Part shown: one piece after another, positions 1 through 10,400 of the stretch
Layout: each line of letters begins with the position of its first letter
How positions within the stretch are numbered: the stretch's first letter is position 1
Virus record (IMG/VR): IMGVR_UViG_3300010391_000174
Coordinates: 773 to 64,772 of that record
DNA length: 64,000 nucleotides
Source: a virus
Lineage: Duplodnaviria; Caudoviricetes
Reading direction: 5' to 3' (one strand)
Made by a program: the position numbers and the translations under genes
Notes under the pieces: generated by a model
Seen by the model: the letters and a program-made list of their open reading frames with translations, nothing else
Told to the model about the DNA's origin: nothing
The model's database searches: none

Positions 1-107
1 ATAATCTCGTAATTACTCTCACCAACAATATGATTCGAAAAGAATCTGGATTGAACCTCATGTGTATTAAATAATCTATATTATAGTATTTATGTGAAAA
101 TCATAAT

Positions 108-593
108 ATGGACAATGAAGAAGATAAGTTAAAGTTAATTTATATTAACAAAGTTGGTTATAATGCAAAGGGTGAAGGTATTTACGAATTCATTTTCTCA
201 TACAATGAAACTAATATTGATATTGAAGGATGGTGTTGGGATATGTCGCCCGCTTGTGACAATGCAACACCGCCAATTGAAGAATATATTGATGCTATTT
301 TTAATTTAAAAAAAAATTCTTTTGATTTATTTTGCTTACATGAAGCAGTTGATAGAGAATATATGCATGGGTATTATACAATACATGCCTTGGCATATGA
401 GATTGAAAAACAAGATGAAAACGGCAATGGTGTTAGTGACTATCAAAAGATGTTTGAGGGTGATAAAGATGATGTTCCATTATTAGTGTTTCATTATAGT
501 ATGACACTTGCAAAAGTTAAAGATTTATTAAATGCAAGAAAAATAATTTTAAAAAATAATGATTTTGTCGAAATATCTTCGATAAAGTTTTAG
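108..593 (+). CDS. Hypothetical phage late protein
   Basis: 161-aa ORF with GTATTTAT motif at 86-93 upstream. Confidence 0.7.
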   Translation: MDNEEDKLKLIYINKVGYNAKGEGIYEFIFSYNETNIDIEGWCWDMSPACDNATPPIEEYIDAIFNLKKNSFDLFCLHEAVDREYMHGYYTIHALAYEIEKQDENGNGVSDYQKMFEGDKDDVPLLVFHYSMTLAKVKDLLNARKIILKNNDFVEISSIKF

Positions 594-716
594 TATTTAT
601 GGTTGCCCATCTTACCTTGATTGGAAGAAGCGGGTTTCGAGGTCACGATAATTCACGATAATTACCTTGCCTTGCGGTTTTATAAAAGTTCATCTTTCCA
701 TATGGAAGAAAGAAAT

Positions 717-753
717 CAAAATGCGATACATCAAGATATGTGTCGCATTTTGC
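717..753. terminator. Hairpin terminator at 3' end of minus-strand endonuclease gene
   Basis: caaaatgcgatacat...atgtgtcgcattttg inverted repeat with A/T tails. Confidence 0.65.
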
Positions 754-754
754 A

Positions 755-1345
755 TTATTTAGAAATCGAGTGTATTATGTTAAGGACAGTTGTTTTACTT
801 ACTTTATATTCTCGTGCCAACATATTTGAATTATATTTTCTTGGTATATATTTGTTTCGTATTTCATTAATTTCTTCCTTACTTAATTTAGTCATGCCTT
901 TGTTAGCTGGAGCATTTTTCTGGTTTTTAAGTTTATTAATGGTTTCTGCGGTATGTTTATGTCCTAATCGATTTTTATTTCCGGTGCTTGCAATTCTCAT
1001 TTTATCTGAAAATTCCTTGTTCATTTTCTTGTTTTTATTCCAAGGTTCTCTACCGATACAATTTCCTGCAATTTTACAAATATTAAAATAGACGGGTATA
1101 GTATTTAAATAAAATTGCTCCCTAAATAATAACAATTCTTTAGGGCATTCCTCAATTAATGTGAAGACTAAATCATCTATACCATATTTATTACAATGTC
1201 TTTGTAGTTTTAATGAGTGATGTTTGTTGTTTTTCAAATCATTACGATGTTGATTCCATCTTCTGTTTATATTCACAGCACTTCCAATTTAGATTCTATT
1301 TGAAAACCTATTTGACTGTATTTTATATATACCAATCTTTACCAT
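755..1345 (-). pseudogene. GIY-YIG homing endonuclease (NUMOD3/HTH tail) with in-frame TAA
   Basis: ATG at 1345 reads MVKIGIYKIQSNRFSNRI*IGSAVNINRRWNQH; TAA at 1289-1291 replaces the Tyr of YIG; continues in frame into track ORF 755..1276. Confidence 0.85.
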
Positions 1346-1411
1346 TGCATTAGATAAATACCGTGCTTTGCGGTTTTTATGAGATGGAGTATTTATTATA
1401 AATATTTATAA

Positions 1412-3568
1412 ATGAGTCCCCAAAAGAATTTAAATAATATTCCAGAAGAAGACGATTCATTACTTCCAGAACATATTCCTGTAATTCCCTTTGATGTACG
1501 GAAAGAAAGAGAAAAAGAAGAAGCGAGAAGACAAGCAAATAAACTTCGAAAACAATATGGTAAAGTTGAACCCATTATTGTAACAAGAGAAGGAATTGCA
1601 AAAAAGGCCAGTGAGTTGACCTTAATGGAACGAAAATTCGAAATTATTCGATGTGGACTCGACCCATTTTATTTCATTGAAACTTATTTAACAATTTTTG
1701 ACCTGACTCAAGGTAAAGATGGTCTCATTGTTCCCTTCAAATTATTTGATTTTCAAAGAGAATTAATTCAAACATATTTGGATGAAAGATTTATTGTTGC
1801 AAATAAATATCGTCAGGCGGGTGTTTCAACAACAACATGTGCATATATTGCATGGTATATTATGTTTAATCCAAATAGACAGGTTGCTATTGTTGCCGAT
1901 AAACTTGAAACTGCACGTGATGAACTTATGAGTGATGTGGTTCTTTTTATCGAAGGTTGCCCAGAATGGTTGAGACCAAAAACAGGTAGAGATGCAAAAG
2001 AAAGAAATTTAAAAGATACTCAGAAAGATAAAATATACGATAATAATTCAAGATTAGGTGCTTTTAGTTCAAAGGGTCTTCGTGGTATGACACCAACCTT
2101 GATTTTCTGGGATGAAACAGCATGGACGGAAAAGGCTGATAAATTCTGGACTGCTGCAAAACCAACATTAGGTACTGGTGGTGGAGCTATCATGGTTAGT
2201 ACTCCTTCAGGTCTTGATGCTGTATTTTACAAACATTTTGATGGTGCACGTAGGGGAGAAAATAACTTTAAAGCAGTTGAATTATGGTGGTATAATGACC
2301 CCAGATACAATAAAGATTTAGTTTGGCTTAAAAATAAAGACAAAGAAAATGAAATACGTTTAGTTGACGAAAATTGGGATAAGAAGAAAAGAATTCAAAT
2401 GATGGATGATGGATGGGAAGCCAGTTCGCCTTGGTTTAAAGAACAGGTTAAGGATGCGAATGGTGATATGCGAAAAATTGCACAAGAACTTTTATGCTCA
2501 TTCTTGGGTTCTGGTGATAATTTCATTTCAGAAGAATATTTAAAACGTATTCAGGAAAATGAAATCCAGACCCCAATTAGTCAAGAATATATCGATAAGA
2601 ATATGTGGATTTGGGAAGAAGCAAAAGTTGGTGAAGAATATATTATGGCGATTGATGCATCACCGGGTCATGGTGAGGACAATTCAACAATTAATATGTT
2701 GAAAACAATTGAAATTATTGAGGAAAAAGTAATCACAAAAGGTAATAAAGTAAAAAAAGTTAAAATAAAAAGGCATAAAGTTGAACAGGTTGCTGAATAC
2801 TATGGTAAAATAACACCACAAATGCTTGCAGAAATTGCATATCAATATGGAAGGCGATATAATAATGCGTATTGTGTTGTAGATATTACTGGTGGATATG
2901 GAATACAAACTATTGAAAAATTACTTGAATTTGGATATGAGAATATTCATTATGCCGAAGTAACACATAAACCTTCAAGAGATAGATTACAAGGATATAT
3001 TAAAAAAGGACAGAAAACTATGTCTGATGGTAATGTGATTAATGTTGACCTGATTCCCGGATTTTTTATTGGTAATAATCGTGCTTCCGTTGTTCTTGAA
3101 ATGCAAAGAGCAATTCATTTAGAAGATGTTATAATTAGGTCATTTAGATTATTAAATGAATTGAAAACTTTTGTGACTGTTCCCGGAAATCGTGTTGCAG
3201 ACCATAAACGTTCATTTCATGATGATTCAATTATGGGATTATCAATTGGTTTATATGTTTTGAATTTTGATATGATGAGATTCAAACAAAGTAAAGGAGT
3301 AACAGAAAAAATGCTCAATGCTATCATAACATTAAATGATATAAAAGAATTTGAGATTAAAGTCAGGGAACGTGATGAAAGATTAAAAATAGAAAGGCAA
3401 ATAAAATTATCTGGAAATACTGAAACAGATAATATTTCAGTAGAGGAAATAAAAACAATTAATTATAAAAATAAACCAATGATTTCTCCCAATAGCACAT
3501 CGCTATTAAATCCATATATTGTAAATGCTTGGTTATTTAATGGAATAAAAGAGAAAAAGAAAACATAG
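1412..3568 (+). CDS. terL: Terminase large subunit (T4 gp17-like)
   Basis: KYRQAGVST Walker A-type motif, LIFWDE Walker B, STPSG coupling motif, MAIDAS and HDDSIM nuclease acidic motifs; directly upstream of portal. Confidence 0.95.
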   Translation: MSPQKNLNNIPEEDDSLLPEHIPVIPFDVRKEREKEEARRQANKLRKQYGKVEPIIVTREGIAKKASELTLMERKFEIIRCGLDPFYFIETYLTIFDLTQGKDGLIVPFKLFDFQRELIQTYLDERFIVANKYRQAGVSTTTCAYIAWYIMFNPNRQVAIVADKLETARDELMSDVVLFIEGCPEWLRPKTGRDAKERNLKDTQKDKIYDNNSRLGAFSSKGLRGMTPTLIFWDETAWTEKADKFWTAAKPTLGTGGGAIMVSTPSGLDAVFYKHFDGARRGENNFKAVELWWYNDPRYNKDLVWLKNKDKENEIRLVDENWDKKKRIQMMDDGWEASSPWFKEQVKDANGDMRKIAQELLCSFLGSGDNFISEEYLKRIQENEIQTPISQEYIDKNMWIWEEAKVGEEYIMAIDASPGHGEDNSTINMLKTIEIIEEKVITKGNKVKKVKIKRHKVEQVAEYYGKITPQMLAEIAYQYGRRYNNAYCVVDITGGYGIQTIEKLLEFGYENIHYAEVTHKPSRDRLQGYIKKGQKTMSDGNVINVDLIPGFFIGNNRASVVLEMQRAIHLEDVIIRSFRLLNELKTFVTVPGNRVADHKRSFHDDSIMGLSIGLYVLNFDMMRFKQSKGVTEKMLNAIITLNDIKEFEIKVRERDERLKIERQIKLSGNTETDNISVEEIKTINYKNKPMISPNSTSLLNPYIVNAWLFNGIKEKKKT

Positions 3569-3607
3569 AATGTATTTATGTTTAAATAACTTTTCGAAAA
3601 AATCGAA

Positions 3608-3615
3608 GTATTTAT
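3608..3615 (+). promoter_or_regulatory. Putative late promoter GTATTTAT (representative of about 20 copies)
   Basis: Plus: 86, 593, 1389, 3608, 5681, 14732, 22497, 25370, 32701, 39313, 42205, 52240, 53422, 56363; minus: 1354, 11977, 32660, 35495, 39099, 47798; on the sense strand upstream of virion genes. Confidence 0.8.
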
Positions 3616-3639
3616 AAAAAAATATAAAAATTTATAAAA

Positions 3640-5643
3640 ATGGCTGACAACGAAAATAAAAATACAATATATCAACAGCTTAACAAGATGTTAAATCTTG
3701 ATGGTTTTGGTTTTCAAGACCAACAACCATCTATTGCACAAAGTACCCCAGCAAAAGAAACAAGAGTAATTATTAAGGGTAACAGTCCTGAAGAAATACA
3801 TAGAAAGGGTTTGGAGTTAGAGCAAAAAAGAGAACTTCAGAACAAATTCTTTAGAACAACTGATAGGGGTTTTCAAAAGGCTTTACAATATGAAGCAGCT
3901 AGACTTCCAGCATATATTGATTATGAGGGAATGGAATATTATCCAATTATCAGTAGTGCATTGGATTTATTCATGGAAGAAGCAACAACCATTGGTTTAA
4001 ATGGTAAAATGTTGAACATCTATTCTAATAAAGAGCGTATTAAATTGATGCTCGAAGAGTTTTTCTATGATGTGGTGAATGTTAATGTAAACTTACCTTT
4101 CTGGGTAAGAAACACCGTTAAATATGGCGATAATTTTGTTTTGTTATATGGTGAAAGAAAAAAGGGTATTACTCATGTGAAACAATTGGTTAATTACGAA
4201 ATTGAGAGATTCGAAAGAATTCAAAATGGTAAACCACTTGTAAAATTCAAGGAAAGAATGACTGGTGATGAATTCAATGTGTTTGAAATTGCACATTTTA
4301 GACTATTGGGTGATGATAAGTATTTACCGTATGGGTCCTCTGTTTTAAATAAGGTACGTAGGGTTTTTCGACAGTTAGTTATGGCAGAAGATGCTATGTT
4401 AACATATCGTATTATACGTGCGGGTGAGAAAAAGATATTTAGGATTGATGTTGGTAATATTGATGAAGATGATATTGAAGAATATATCATGAAGGTTGCA
4501 ACTAAATTTAAAAAAACAGCACAAGTACAAGCAAATGATGGACAAATAGATTATCGTTTTAATATACTTGGTAATGATGAAGACTATTTTTTACCAGTAA
4601 GAAATGCAAATACCCAAACTGGTATTGATACACTTCCCGGTGCATCCAATCTCGACCAAATACAGGACATTGAATATCTTCGTGATAATTTATTTATTGG
4701 TCTTGGTATTCCGAAACCATTTTTATCATTTCAAGATGCTGCGGGTGCTGGAAAAAATATGGCACAATATGATATACGTTTTTCTAAAAAAATAAATCGT
4801 ATTCAACAAGCTATGATTCAGGAACTCAATAAAATGGCAATGATACATTTGTATTTATTGGGTTATAGTGGCGAAGACTTGAGTAGTTTCACATTAACAC
4901 TCACAAATCCAAGTACGCAATCAGAATTATTGAAATCTGAATTGATGCGTGATAAAGCTCAAACATATACTGAATTAACACGTTCTGAAAGTGGTATTGC
5001 AGCAATGTCACACACAAATGCAAAGAGAATGTTATTCAATATGAGTGATAGAGAAATTGTTGATGATTTGAAACAACAAAAAATGGAAAAGGTTGTTATG
5101 CAAGAACTTCAAGATTCTCCAATAATTATTAAAAAAAGTGGTTTATTTACTGATATTGATAAGAGATTTGGTGAACCAGTTGAAGGCATGCCAATCGGTG
5201 CTGAATCTGGCACAACTGAAGGTGGTGGAGCACCAGCAGGAATACCACCAGCAGGTGGTGGAGCACCGCCAGCAGGAGCACCGTTAGCAAGTAATGCAGG
5301 TGGAGCACCATTAGGTGGTGGAGCACCAGCAGGTGGTGGAGAATTACCACCAATGGCTGAAGGACGTAAAAAATTAAGTGAAGAAGAATTCGATAGACAT
5401 ATTGAAAAAATGGTTTTCGGTAATAGTTCAGAACCAGAACATAAAAAAGAAGTAAAACATAAAAAAATTATAAAAGAAAATAATGCAATTAATGAAACGC
5501 TGAATAAAAATGCTATGAAAATGGTCAATGAAATTGACCAATTATTAAATGGTAGTAAAAGCATAAATACAGAGCAAAAAGATGGTGAAAGTGAGGATAT
5601 TGATTTTGAAACACTTGAGAACATTAATTTAAATGAAAACTAA
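3640..5643 (+). CDS. Portal protein (T4 gp20-like)
   Basis: EDAMLTYRIIRAGEKKIFRIDVGN, EDYFLPVR, IDTLPG and DIEYLR motifs of gp20 portals; Gly/Ala/Pro-rich C-terminal linker. Confidence 0.95.
   Translation: MADNENKNTIYQQLNKMLNLDGFGFQDQQPSIAQSTPAKETRVIIKGNSPEEIHRKGLELEQKRELQNKFFRTTDRGFQKALQYEAARLPAYIDYEGMEYYPIISSALDLFMEEATTIGLNGKMLNIYSNKERIKLMLEEFFYDVVNVNVNLPFWVRNTVKYGDNFVLLYGERKKGITHVKQLVNYEIERFERIQNGKPLVKFKERMTGDEFNVFEIAHFRLLGDDKYLPYGSSVLNKVRRVFRQLVMAEDAMLTYRIIRAGEKKIFRIDVGNIDEDDIEEYIMKVATKFKKTAQVQANDGQIDYRFNILGNDEDYFLPVRNANTQTGIDTLPGASNLDQIQDIEYLRDNLFIGLGIPKPFLSFQDAAGAGKNMAQYDIRFSKKINRIQQAMIQELNKMAMIHLYLLGYSGEDLSSFTLTLTNPSTQSELLKSELMRDKAQTYTELTRSESGIAAMSHTNAKRMLFNMSDREIVDDLKQQKMEKVVMQELQDSPIIIKKSGLFTDIDKRFGEPVEGMPIGAESGTTEGGGAPAGIPPAGGGAPPAGAPLASNAGGAPLGGGAPAGGGELPPMAEGRKKLSEEEFDRHIEKMVFGNSSEPEHKKEVKHKKIIKENNAINETLNKNAMKMVNEIDQLLNGSKSINTEQKDGESEDIDFETLENINLNEN
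5221..5352 (+). repeat. Low-complexity GGAPAG/GGAPP repeats in portal C-terminus
   Basis: ggtggtggagcacc-type repeats. Confidence 0.8.
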
Positions 5644-5708
5644 AAGTAAATAAGAAAGTAAACGTTTATAATTATCCACAGTATTTATAATAAATCGAAT
5701 AATATCAT

Positions 5709-6488
5709 ATGAAAAATGTCAACATAGGAACAGTTAATTTGATTATTTCGAATAAATTAAAAGACTCTTATTTTAATAATAATTTAATTGAAGAGTCTAA
5801 GAAATTAACATTTGACTTTTTCGATATTGTAAAAGAATCACCAATATTGCAATTGGAATTCAAAGTGTTTAATAATATTGAAAATAAGCACATTGAAAAC
5901 GATATTGTTGCAACACATTATATTGATAATAATATTAAGTTATTTGAGGTTTATACAATTGAGGAAATTGAAAGAGAACGTGAAAAGCTAAATATTTTTA
6001 TTAATGAAGAAAACATTCCAGTTGACGATAATCATGTGCAATTGTATACAGCAATTGATAATTTAATTTACGAATCTTTAAATGATTATAATAAAATTGA
6101 TGTTGATAAAATGCATGAATCATTTAATTTTGTATTAAATCATGTGAAATCTCCAAAGAAAAAATTATTTAAAGATATTGATGATAAAACAATAAACGAA
6201 GAAGTAATTGAAATTGCTGTTGATAAATTTAACGAAAAATATGACACACTAAACGAAGACGATAAGAATTTATTTCAAAAGCTTATTAAATCAACTGATA
6301 ATGAAAAGGAAATATTACTTGAAACTTATAAAAATGAAACCCTAATAATTTTAGATGGTCTGAATAAAGATAATATAAAAGATAGTGTTACTAAGGCAAT
6401 TCAAAAAATCAAAGAAATGATATATAATCGAGAAGAAGTCGATGATAATATTATCACTTTGCATGAATTAAAAAAAGAATTACTATAA
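5709..6488 (+). CDS. Hypothetical head-module protein
   Basis: 259-aa helical ORF after portal, late motif at 5681. Confidence 0.7.
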   Translation: MKNVNIGTVNLIISNKLKDSYFNNNLIEESKKLTFDFFDIVKESPILQLEFKVFNNIENKHIENDIVATHYIDNNIKLFEVYTIEEIEREREKLNIFINEENIPVDDNHVQLYTAIDNLIYESLNDYNKIDVDKMHESFNFVLNHVKSPKKKLFKDIDDKTINEEVIEIAVDKFNEKYDTLNEDDKNLFQKLIKSTDNEKEILLETYKNETLIILDGLNKDNIKDSVTKAIQKIKEMIYNREEVDDNIITLHELKKELL

Positions 6489-6509
6489 TGCCTCATTTGA
6501 GGCATTTTT
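6487..6509. terminator. Hairpin between convergent genes
   Basis: aatgcctca ttt gaggcatttt. Confidence 0.55.
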
Positions 6510-7437
6510 ATTGTGGAAACTTTGTGTTTGAATCAATTGCTTTGGCATCGAAAGCATTGAAATTATTATTTGCTGTCATACCCAAAAAATCATATCCAAA
6601 ATATAATCCTTTAGTCTTAGTTCTTATAAGTTCATTATTTTTATCACCCAAAAGACTGAAAATTTTGAATACATAATCAATACCTTCTTGTTCATATCCC
6701 GGTTTTTCATTATTAATACAATGCTGAATTGATTCGATATATGATGATTTTGCATATGCAGGTCCTCTACTATATCCAAATAATGTACTGCTTGATAATG
6801 AATTACATTTATTGGCAATATATTTCATATATCTGAATTGTGCTTTTATCATTATTTCTGGGTTATCAATTATGTTTTGATGTATTATTGGTCTATTTTG
6901 TCTACCTTGTAAAATACCTGTACTAAATGTACCATCATAATCATTTATATTTCCAACAACATTTTTTGTAATAGCGTTGATTTCTGCAATAGTAAATAAT
7001 GGTTTGACTTCAGGATGTTTATTGGTGATAAGCATATCAAAAACCGCACGATTAGTAAATTGGCTGATTCCAGATGCTGTACTTGTTAAAGCATAATTCC
7101 AAATAAAATAACGAGATTCCTGAAATGCTTGTGCTACCATAACATTAGCATCCATTTCATAAATTTTTGCATATTTATTATACCAATTAATTATTGCTTC
7201 TGCTAATGACTGATTAGTTGTTACAGATTTACCGCCATACGTTACATTTGCAGTCCATATTTTATTTGGTGATGTTGGTGGATTACAAAATGGTAATACA
7301 CCATTTGGATTGTAATATTTTTTTGTAGGGTCTTCAATTTTTTGACTGCTTTTGCCAATAAGTAAAGAATTTTTACTTTTTTCACATTCAGTTCTAACGA
7401 ATTTTTTACCCTCTTCGGTTAATTGTTTATATGCCAT
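6508..7437 (-). CDS. Lytic transglycosylase (SLT/lysozyme-like), probably baseplate-associated
   Basis: AQAFQES catalytic Glu motif followed by ASGISQF; directly downstream of the hub gene. Confidence 0.75.
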   Translation of the reverse strand: MAYKQLTEEGKKFVRTECEKSKNSLLIGKSSQKIEDPTKKYYNPNGVLPFCNPPTSPNKIWTANVTYGGKSVTTNQSLAEAIINWYNKYAKIYEMDANVMVAQAFQESRYFIWNYALTSTASGISQFTNRAVFDMLITNKHPEVKPLFTIAEINAITKNVVGNINDYDGTFSTGILQGRQNRPIIHQNIIDNPEIMIKAQFRYMKYIANKCNSLSSSTLFGYSRGPAYAKSSYIESIQHCINNEKPGYEQEGIDYVFKIFSLLGDKNNELIRTKTKGLYFGYDFLGMTANNNFNAFDAKAIDSNTKFPQ

Positions 7438-7439
7438 AG

Positions 7440-10400
7440 TTATTGAATATTAAAATTATACATTGAAATGTACTGTACTTTTTTCTCAGTATCAATAATA
7501 TCCGCAGCAGCAACAAGTTGTCCTGAAGACATTGCACTAATATTTGTTTCATCGGATTCACCACCATCAAAGCCAATGAAAGCAATTGGACTTTTTACTC
7601 TTGGTACTGGATATCTCATTATTTTTGTTCCAGAAAAACTGGTCGTCATCTTATTTGCGCTAATATCGTGTTCAACACTCAAAATAATATATGCACCATT
7701 AAATAATGGAACATTTTCTAATTGAAAATATTGTGTTGGTTGAATCATAGCATTTCCTAAACCAGTTATTGTTGCTTTATATGACCTATTTTCATATAGA
7801 TTATATAAATTCTGTCCTTTTGGTACTGGTGAATATTCTTTATTATCACCAGCTAATCTCGATAATATTTGAATACTTTCGTTTGTTTCTGGATATTCTT
7901 TACTATCAATTTTAATACTGGAAAACATTGATTGATTTTGTTCACCAAATCTAACCCTGAATGCTCGTACATCTCTATATGGAAAGTCTTGATTATTAAC
8001 CACCTGATTATCATCATCTTGATTTGGAGGACAAGGTTGTGTTGTAAAATCTTTTGCATTAGTGTTACCTAAATCAACAATACCATCATCAGTAAAACCA
8101 TTTCCAACATTTGTGGGATAACTTGATGTACCACCTATGTACATACATACGAAAGCTGGACGTTTATCAATTTTACCGCTTGTATCAATTCTAAATGCAT
8201 CTTTCCATGATTCTTTACCGACAATAAAATTTTGTAGTGGAAAGAATTCAAATCCATTTAACGATAATAATTGAGAAAGTGCACTAAATACAGTAACATT
8301 TGGGTCATCAAATAATTGTATGAGTAATTCGGCATTAAGTATTGTATCTCCAATCGGATTCATTGCTCTATCTACAAAAACAAACGAATCAATTAATGCT
8401 TTACCAGCAACATTAAATGGATATCCATGAATACCAATTACTGTAGGTCCTGAAATCCATTTATCATTAATGTTTTTAAATGAATAATATGTTTGGGTAA
8501 TAATATCATTATCAGCTTTCTTTTTATTATCTTCTTCTTCTTGTTTCTTTACTTCATTTTCTTTTGAAACAATTTCACCATAAAGTTTAGATAAAAATAT
8601 TTTAAAATATTCATCATTAACTGCCTTATTGGTATTAACAGCATTTAAAGATTTAAGCGAAACATAACCAACCGGATACACATCTGTCATCTTAAATGTA
8701 TTCTGACTGAATACTATAATGTTAGTTCTTTCAATTAATGGTTGAAGTATACCTTTGTAATGTATTCCTTGTTCATCAGTTTTTGGATTTAAAAATTTCT
8801 CATATACTTTAGATTTATTTTCATCACTATTTTTCACATCATTATATAATGTTTGAAATCTTGATAAAAGAATATAATAATCACCACTATCAGCACCATT
8901 AGCATAATAATCACTAAATGCTTGTTGAAGTAATTGTTTATCTTTTACGGATAAATATTTATTAACATCTGAATAATCCGCAAAAATTAACATATAAATA
9001 TCATTAAATAGTTTTCCAGTACCACTATGAAAAAAATTAATCACATCATTAATCCAATTATTTTCTTTTGCATCAATTAATGCTCCAAAATATAACGGTA
9101 AAAATTTAGGTACTTGAATTGCTGCAGGAATACTAAATATTAATTTATTTAAATTATTGGGAAATTGATTAAAAAATCCTGTTGCATGACCAAAACATGA
9201 AAGGATAAATAATGCACTTAATTTAGACGGTGCTGCAATTATTTCATTATAAATAATATCATCAAAATATTGTTGAGGATTATCTCCATAAAGTTTCGAT
9301 AATTGATTTGACCACGTACCAACAATATTTTGAAATTTTGCCAAATTTTGTACATCCCTGCCAAATGCATCGCCAAATACTTTATTACCACCGCTTAATA
9401 AATTTGTAATTGATAGATTATAATTTGGATTTAAATTTATTAAAAATCTTGTAATTAAATTATTTCCATCGTTATCATTAACATTATCATTAGTTTCATT
9501 ACCTTTTTTATCGATTTGTATGTCTTCAACATATTGTATATTTTCTTTTGTAAATTCATAATAAATTTCTTTAAATCTTCCAGCAAAAATTTCGGCAAAA
9601 AAACCTTTTTGAACGTTACTTTTAAATTTATCTACAGGTTTATCTGATGATGCTTCAATTGTTTGTTTTACAATTGGTTGTTCATAAATATTAAGTCCTT
9701 CATATTCTGGATTGTATTTATCAACATACGCTCTTTTTGTATCAGATACACTTATTGATTCAATAGCATCATCATCAAAATCATAAAATTTACCGGCATT
9801 ATTATTTAATTCACGATAAAATTTATCGACATTATCTTTATTATTTTCGGCAAACGTTTTTAAATTGTTACCATATGTAGTATTATTTATTGATGATGCT
9901 AAATTAACTGCTTCTGATTCTGCGTATAATTTAATATATGCTTTATCTGCGCCATCTCTTTTTCCATTAATTGTATTGTAAAAACTATTTGGAATTGAAT
10001 TTTGTGATAATACATAGAATCTTTGTAAAACTATTTTAAGAATCTGCGACAATTTACTGTCTTGAGACGTATTTACAGAACCAGTTGTTGTGTCAACATC
10101 AATATATGGACTTTTTGAATCATCAGTTCCAAGAGTAGAATCAAATGGAGAAATTGGTAACCATTCTCGACTACCATCAGCATTTTCAGCATTTCTCATA
10201 TCACTTAACTTTTCCCATCTTTGCTGAGTAAAAAATGTATCCACAAAATCATTAATAAATTGTATTTCAGGAAATGGTGTTCGTTTACTTAATTCAATTG
10301 GTGCTATCCTTTCTTCCTTATTTCCACCAGACACCACTTTTTCTCTATCAACGATAAGTGGAAATGCATATATCTTATTTTCTATACCGTCACGAAAATC

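Noticed and set aside
599-690. tRNA or tmRNA (minus strand ends ..CAACCA; TTCGA present)
   Set aside because: No cloverleaf or acceptor stem could be built; the CCA overlaps the late promoter
621-1091. 156-aa hydrophobic + strand ORF
   Set aside because: Antisense shadow of the Lys-rich GIY-YIG gene; TTG start
755-1345. Group I intron around the GIY-YIG genes
   Set aside because: Both genes are intergenic and flanking genes are intact; no intron core recognised
1800-1840. Terminase Walker A lacking GKT lysine
   Set aside because: KxRQxGxS/T is a common terminase variant
5109-5624. 171-aa minus ORF with Pro/Ala repeats
   Set aside because: Antisense to the low-complexity portal tail
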